Assembly (NCBI GenBank): GCA_046757525.1
Contig: JBHHYI010000002.1
Span: 1-64,000, forward strand
Length of the DNA: 64,000 nt
Reading direction: 5' to 3'
Origin: a bacterium
GTDB taxonomy: Bacteria > Zhuqueibacterota > Zhuqueibacteria > Oceanimicrobiales > Oceanimicrobiaceae
This document shows, piece by piece, positions 58,918-64,000 of this stretch. The notes beneath the pieces were generated by a model that saw nothing but the letters and a program-made list of their open reading frames with translations, ran no database searches and had not been told where the DNA came from. How positions within the stretch are numbered: position 1 is the stretch's first letter; each line of letters starts with the position of its first letter. The translations under genes and the position numbers were made by a program.

Positions 58918-60393
58918 CTAATTAAGACCGTTTGCAGGTTGCTGAGCTTTTTTGTACAATCCAATGCTGAGATTGCTAAACTGTCCTTTCAAAACTCGGA
59001 CGTCCTTGAGAGTCTTGGTGTAATATCCCGGGCTGATGATTCTCAAAGTATACCTGCCCGGATTGACGATGCGATAAAATCCTCCGGTTTCAGCATCGGT
59101 TTTTCTATTATGTGTGTGATCGGATGAAAACTCCTCGACTTTTATTTCCGCTAACAACGGGGCTTTGGTGAAGGCATCGATGACATGGCCGCGAATGCCC
59201 GTGTCTAACGTTCTATCGAGCAGGTAAAAGGCACCTTTCATGTTTTCGTTGATGATGCTCGAAATGTCTTGTTCTGCCGGAAAATACTCGGTTGCAACTT
59301 CGACAATGTAATCCAGCACGCTTAAGTAGCCATACATCCAGATCGAACTCTGTCCCACGCGACCATTCAGCGGCAAAATAGAATAGTTGCCACGTCCAGA
59401 AAGCCGCCTTATTCTCGACGCCATCTTGCTTGCGATGTCTACAATGAGGTCCAAATCGGGCGGCTTCTTGTAATTGCCCCAGGGAAACAGGATGGATTCG
59501 CCATAGCTATGATAGGAGATTCCAATAACGAAATTCTCTCGTATCGCCAAGTCGCGCACCGCCTGAGTTTCTTTTTCCGAAAACGGACCCTTGCCCCGGT
59601 AGAACCAACTGCTGGGCTTACCATCGCCGCCATCCTTCCAATTATAATCATAATTTCTATTTAAGTCAACCCCATCTATCATGGGATCAAAAACGCCGTC
59701 ACCGTTGTTGTCCCGGAGATTCTTGCGCCACCACGGAAAGCTCAAATGGTTGTCGAGAATGTACTTATACCCATCGGGATTGACCAAGGGGACAAACCAG
59801 ATTTCAATAGCATTCACCCATCTTGTAATTTTAGGGTCTTTTCCGTATCTCTCACAGAGTCTCTTCATCAATTGCAAACAAATCTTGGCGCCGATTGGTT
59901 CACGTGCGTGATGCACGCCCGTAAACAATATCCTGGGCTCGTCTTCTCTTTTGACAGCATTATCCGATATCTTCACGGCCCATATAGGAAGCCCCAGTGC
60001 TGTCGTAGTGCCGATTTGGTCTATCTTTACGATGTCGGGGTATTCTTCTTGCAGGCTCTTGATGTCAGACTCGATAGAACTCAAGGGCCGATAGGCTTTC
60101 GGAACGTTTGGCTTGGCCGGTCGAAATGGCGCGCTAACTTTGCGCAGAGCGAACGTTGTTTGTCCGTGGAGTTGGGGCCGCGCAAATAGTGCGTACGTCC
60201 CCTGCGCTTTCGTTTTCTTTCTTAGCTTGGAGTCGGATCGCGAGGAATCTTTTGGGGTCGGTCTGAGAATGGGGAGACTTTCTTGAGAGCGTGTCCCCTT
60301 GTTGCCAAAAATCACCAGCACGATAAAGCCAAAAAATACGGCAGAAATGCTAAGAACAAAACGCTTCAAAGTTAGCAGCTCGTAGTTTCGCAT
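58918..60393 (-). CDS. M14 zinc carboxypeptidase with regulatory-like domain
   Basis: HHARE, NPDG, WRKN, DLNRN, SYHSY. Confidence 0.93.
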   Translation of the reverse strand: MRNYELLTLKRFVLSISAVFFGFIVLVIFGNKGTRSQESLPILRPTPKDSSRSDSKLRKKTKAQGTYALFARPQLHGQTTFALRKVSAPFRPAKPNVPKAYRPLSSIESDIKSLQEEYPDIVKIDQIGTTTALGLPIWAVKISDNAVKREDEPRILFTGVHHAREPIGAKICLQLMKRLCERYGKDPKITRWVNAIEIWFVPLVNPDGYKYILDNHLSFPWWRKNLRDNNGDGVFDPMIDGVDLNRNYDYNWKDGGDGKPSSWFYRGKGPFSEKETQAVRDLAIRENFVIGISYHSYGESILFPWGNYKKPPDLDLIVDIASKMASRIRRLSGRGNYSILPLNGRVGQSSIWMYGYLSVLDYIVEVATEYFPAEQDISSIINENMKGAFYLLDRTLDTGIRGHVIDAFTKAPLLAEIKVEEFSSDHTHNRKTDAETGGFYRIVNPGRYTLRIISPGYYTKTLKDVRVLKGQFSNLSIGLYKKAQQPANGLN

Positions 60394-60497
60394 GACTGTG
60401 AGGTAAGAAAATTAAACTGTTATAGATTCTAACAACGCAAAAAGTTCAGATTATTTCTTAAATACAATATTCGACGAATCTCACGAACGCAGCAATG

Positions 60498-62018
60498 TCA
60501 CAAAGCTCGCAAAAATTGGACAGAATCCTGGGCAAAATTGGCCAAGGGAGCCCAATATATTCCAAGCAAGATAGTGGGGACAACCAGGACGACAAGCAGG
60601 GTAACGAAAAAAGGAGATATTGCAACAGGTGTTAGTTTTTCTTCCAGACTTTTATCTAAGAACATAGCCTTGATGATACGGGCATAGTAATACAGGGAAA
60701 CAACGCTGTTAATGATACCCACAACCGCTAACCAATAATAACTGGTACCCGCCTTGATTACGGCGGCAAAAAGGTAAAACTTCCCGACAAAACCGGCCGT
60801 TGGAGGCAAACCAGTAAGCGAAAAGAGAAAAACCCCCATGGCCACAGCGGGAATCGGGGCTCGCCAGGCCAATCCCTTGTAGTCCTCGATACTCTCACTA
60901 CCGACCAGTTCCTGGTTGATGATGACGACTAAGAAAGCGCCAATATTCATTAAATAGTACACGACCAAATAGAACATGGTCGCATGAATCCCCTGTTCGG
61001 AAAGAACCACGGTACCCATCAAAGCATAGCCGGCGTGGGCAATGCTCGAATAGGCCAACAGTCGTTTCACGTTGTTCTGAACGATGGCAACGAGATTCCC
61101 CAGTGTCATGGTAGCAGCGGAAATCACGGCCAAAAGCTGCGCCCAGTCAAGACCCGACAGCACAGACCAATCGCCAACGTGGCCGCTGGAAGTCCCGGAG
61201 GTCAGAGCCACATTGAAAAAGCGAATCAGGAGCGCAAAGCCAGCCGCTTTGGGTCCCACAGAAAGAAAAGCTGTGATCGGCGTGGGCGCGCCCTCGTAGA
61301 CATCCGGCGTCCAGAAATGAAACGGAACCGAAGCGATCTTATATCCAAATCCACCCAAAATCAAAAGCACCGAAACGAACAACGTCAACTTGTCCGGGCT
61401 GGAAGTGGCCAGAACCGTTTGGATTTCATAAATGTTGAGCGTTCCGGTCAGTCCGTATAGCAGGGAAATGCCGTATAACATCAACCCTGATGAAAAGGCA
61501 CCGTAAATCGTGTACTTCAGGCCAGCCTCGCTGGACCGCCGCCGCGTCTTCAAATAAGTCGCCAGGATGAACGACGTGATGCTTACCAACTCGATGGATA
61601 TATAAATCGTGATTAAATTGGTGGCTGAGGCCATCAAAAACATGCCCAGTGTGGTGGCAATCAATAAGGTAAAATATTCCCCAACGGGCCGGCCAGAGAG
61701 CTCCAAAGAACCGATAGACAAAAATATCACGATGAAAGTGGATGCCAGAAAAAGCACCTTAAAGAACAAAGCAAATGGATCCACAACCAACATGTCATTG
61801 AAAAGCGAATAGCTGCCCAGTTTGTATTGAGCCAACACCGTAACGAACGTCGCCACAATTCCGAGCAAGGCTACCATCGAGGTCCACGGAGACTTCTCTT
61901 TCTTGAGAATTATGTCGGCTATGACCAGAATTACGATGACTCCGGTCAGAAGGATCTCGGGGATAAAATAGCTTAGGCTTGCAATGTTATTTTGTAACGC
62001 AGAAGAATAATCCATCAT
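60498..62018 (-). CDS. nuoN: NADH-quinone oxidoreductase subunit N
   Basis: SEAGLKY, KIASVPFHFWTPDVYEGAP, KRLLAYSSIAHAGY, GLPPTAGFVGKF. Confidence 0.96.
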   Translation of the reverse strand: MMDYSSALQNNIASLSYFIPEILLTGVIVILVIADIILKKEKSPWTSMVALLGIVATFVTVLAQYKLGSYSLFNDMLVVDPFALFFKVLFLASTFIVIFLSIGSLELSGRPVGEYFTLLIATTLGMFLMASATNLITIYISIELVSITSFILATYLKTRRRSSEAGLKYTIYGAFSSGLMLYGISLLYGLTGTLNIYEIQTVLATSSPDKLTLFVSVLLILGGFGYKIASVPFHFWTPDVYEGAPTPITAFLSVGPKAAGFALLIRFFNVALTSGTSSGHVGDWSVLSGLDWAQLLAVISAATMTLGNLVAIVQNNVKRLLAYSSIAHAGYALMGTVVLSEQGIHATMFYLVVYYLMNIGAFLVVIINQELVGSESIEDYKGLAWRAPIPAVAMGVFLFSLTGLPPTAGFVGKFYLFAAVIKAGTSYYWLAVVGIINSVVSLYYYARIIKAMFLDKSLEEKLTPVAISPFFVTLLVVLVVPTILLGIYWAPLANFAQDSVQFLRAL

Positions 62019-62027
62019 GATATGCTT

Positions 62028-63599
62028 TTATTGTAGACCGAAAAAGGTCGTGGTTCCCGCGGCAGCAACAACGTGCACTAAATTGTTTAGAGAGACCTTG
62101 ATCAGGTCCAGCAACGGGGCCGGGTAAACCCCCAGGAAAATGACGATAACAGCTAATGGCACCAGGGTGAATAATTCCCTGCCATTTATCTCTGGCAGAT
62201 CGGCATATTTGGGGTTTAGTTTGCCAAAAAACATCCTTTGCAGAGACCACAAAAAATAGCCGGCTGTGACCACGATCCCCAGGGTTGAAACGATGGTAAT
62301 CACTTTTAGATTAAACAGCTCAGAACCGAAGGCACCGAGAAATGAAAAGGCCTCACTGATGAAACTGGACAAACCCGGCAGCCCCAGGCCGCCGAAGAAT
62401 GCCAGACTAAATATGCCAGCATAAATGGGCACCTTCACCGCCAGACCGCCGAAACCATCGATGTCGCGATGATGGGCGCGATCGTAGATTACGCCCACCA
62501 GGAGAAAGAGCATGGCGGTCACCGTGCCATGATTGAACATTTGCATCACCGCGCCGTTCATCCCCAGCGGCGTCAGGGCAGACATGCCTAACAAGACGAT
62601 GCCCATGTGACTGATGCTGGAGTAGGCCACCATCTTCTTCAGGTCCTTTTGCCCCAGGGCACAAAAAGCCCCGTAGAGAATGTTGATCAGACCCAGGATG
62701 GCCAGGCCATAGGCACAGTATTGGTATTTCATGGCATCGGGGAGCATGGGGAAGCTAATGCGGAGCATGCCGTAAGTGCCCATCTTCAACAGCACGCCTG
62801 CGAGAATCACGCTAATTGCCGTCGGGGCTTCCACGTGAGCATCCGGAAGCCAGGTATGAAAAGGAAACACGGGTACCTTAATGGCAAAACCAACAAACAA
62901 GGCCACATAAAGGAGCAAACGAATATTGAAGTTGTGCAACACCCCGGTGTGATTGGCCTGGTTCATCATGTGGAGCATGTTAAAAGTATGTCCACCGGTA
63001 GCCGGGTCCTGGACGTTGAAATACAGCACCAACATGACCAGCAACATGAACACACTGCCCAACAGCGTGTACAAGAAAAACTTTATGGCAGCATACGGAC
63101 CTCCCCTCACCATGCCATCCGGATCCACTCGCGAAGGACTGCCCCAAACCCCGATAAGAAAGTACATGGGCAGCAACATGATCTCCCAGAAAATATAGAA
63201 CAAGAAGAAATCCAACGCACAAAACACCCCCATCATACCGGTGTCGAGCAGCAAGAACATAGCAAAGTAGCCCTTGACGCCCCGGTCGATGCCCCAGGAG
63301 GCAAAAATGCAGATGAAGGAGAGCAGCGCCGTCAACAAAACCATGGGAATGCTGAGTCCGTCGATTCCCATAAAATATTCTATATTAAACGAAGGAATCC
63401 ATTTGTAGTGCTCAATAAACTGAAAACTGATACTTGTGGTATCAAAGTGCAGGTAAAGCCAGGCAGCGATAACCACCTGGATGCCCGTGAACACGGCCGC
63501 GATTGACCTGATCAGATTCTTGTTTGATTTTGGAGCCAACAGAATGAGAAAAATCCCCACAATTGGCATGAAGGTGATCAGCGTTAATGCTTTGTCCAT
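62028..63599 (-). CDS. nuoM: NADH-quinone oxidoreductase subunit M
   Basis: GIDGLS, FYIFWE, KVPVFPFHTWLPDAHVEAPT, LLKMGTYG, AYSSISHMG. Confidence 0.96.
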   Translation of the reverse strand: MDKALTLITFMPIVGIFLILLAPKSNKNLIRSIAAVFTGIQVVIAAWLYLHFDTTSISFQFIEHYKWIPSFNIEYFMGIDGLSIPMVLLTALLSFICIFASWGIDRGVKGYFAMFLLLDTGMMGVFCALDFFLFYIFWEIMLLPMYFLIGVWGSPSRVDPDGMVRGGPYAAIKFFLYTLLGSVFMLLVMLVLYFNVQDPATGGHTFNMLHMMNQANHTGVLHNFNIRLLLYVALFVGFAIKVPVFPFHTWLPDAHVEAPTAISVILAGVLLKMGTYGMLRISFPMLPDAMKYQYCAYGLAILGLINILYGAFCALGQKDLKKMVAYSSISHMGIVLLGMSALTPLGMNGAVMQMFNHGTVTAMLFLLVGVIYDRAHHRDIDGFGGLAVKVPIYAGIFSLAFFGGLGLPGLSSFISEAFSFLGAFGSELFNLKVITIVSTLGIVVTAGYFLWSLQRMFFGKLNPKYADLPEINGRELFTLVPLAVIVIFLGVYPAPLLDLIKVSLNNLVHVVAAAGTTTFFGLQ

Positions 63600-63633
63600 T
63601 TAATTGAGTCCCTCTCGTTATAGAAATTTACGA

Positions 63634-64000
63634 TTAAAAAAGCTGGATGATGAACAGCGCCACCACAGCGGCCAAAGCCATCAAAATGTAACTTTGAACT
63701 TTTCCCGTTTGTACCTCCCTCAATTGGGTGCCAAAGAAACCGACAACTCTTGCCACGAGATTAACCAAACCATCTACGATTCTCAGATCGAAGCGGCCTT
63801 CGGCGAACGAGAACAAGGTTACCACTTTGGCAGCACCGTTGACAACGCCATCGATCACTCTCAAATCGAAAACGGCAGAGGCGCGACTGAGCAGCAAGGT
63901 CCCTTTGACGGCGGTAGCACTGTAAAGCTCATCAAAATAATATTTGTTCCAGAGCAACGTGTAAATGCCCTTTAAGCGTGCTCCCCACGCTTCGGCAGAA
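63634..64000 (-). CDS. nuoL: NADH-quinone oxidoreductase subunit L, C-terminal part (starts outside the window)
   Basis: Frame open to the window edge: ..LLWNKYYFDELY..D..VIDGVVNG..QTGKVQSY; precedes nuoM. Confidence 0.92.
   Translation of the reverse strand, partial: SAEAWGARLKGIYTLLWNKYYFDELYSATAVKGTLLLSRASAVFDLRVIDGVVNGAAKVVTLFSFAEGRFDLRIVDGLVNLVARVVGFFGTQLREVQTGKVQSYILMALAAVVALFIIQLF

Noticed and set aside
63090..63150. Short insertion (SPSRVDPDGMVRGGP) in a NuoM loop
   Set aside because: In frame, small and in a loop; no intein or intron features

Overview
Bacterial chromosome segment with no rRNA, tRNA, CRISPR array or intact transposase visible. The gene mix suggests an uncultured diderm anaerobe or facultative anaerobe (KSB1/Calditrichota-like is only a guess). 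Two copper/heavy-metal islands are interleaved with housekeeping genes. Island 1 (1-14 kb, all minus strand) holds a Spy/CpxP-like protein, a SHOCT protein, a short NfeD, CopA, four YHS/TRASH domains, a Rieske + cytochrome b pair without cytochrome c, a SpeE-like membrane SAM enzyme, an ICMT-like methyltransferase, and DUF5676- and DUF2933-like proteins. Island 2 (26-41 kb) holds a Cys-rich leader ORF, TolC-CusB-CusA, an incomplete ccmF/ccmH cluster and a His-rich membrane kinase with a sigma54 activator. The main finding, read directly from the DNA, is that four units in these islands share one architecture: a sigma54 -24/-12 box with paired 16-bp near-palindromes (consensus TGTAGAATAtTnnnCA) about 80-150 bp upstream. 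The same site lies just before the kinase gene, which points to a local sigma54 copper regulon with unexpected members. Other observations are a candidate ribosome-arrest leader (C-terminal HAPP), small ORFs missing from the track, a doubly inactivated two-gene module, several REP/MITE-like palindrome families and a candidate anti-SD sRNA. The rest is housekeeping: ADP-forming acyl-CoA ligase, ECF sigma/anti-sigma, nadC, mce, uvrC, a VapBC-like pair, prkA-DUF444-spoVR, YifB/ComM, DmpA, NfeD-stomatin, an M14 peptidase and nuoLMN. All family assignments come from motif recognition by eye; no database searches were run.
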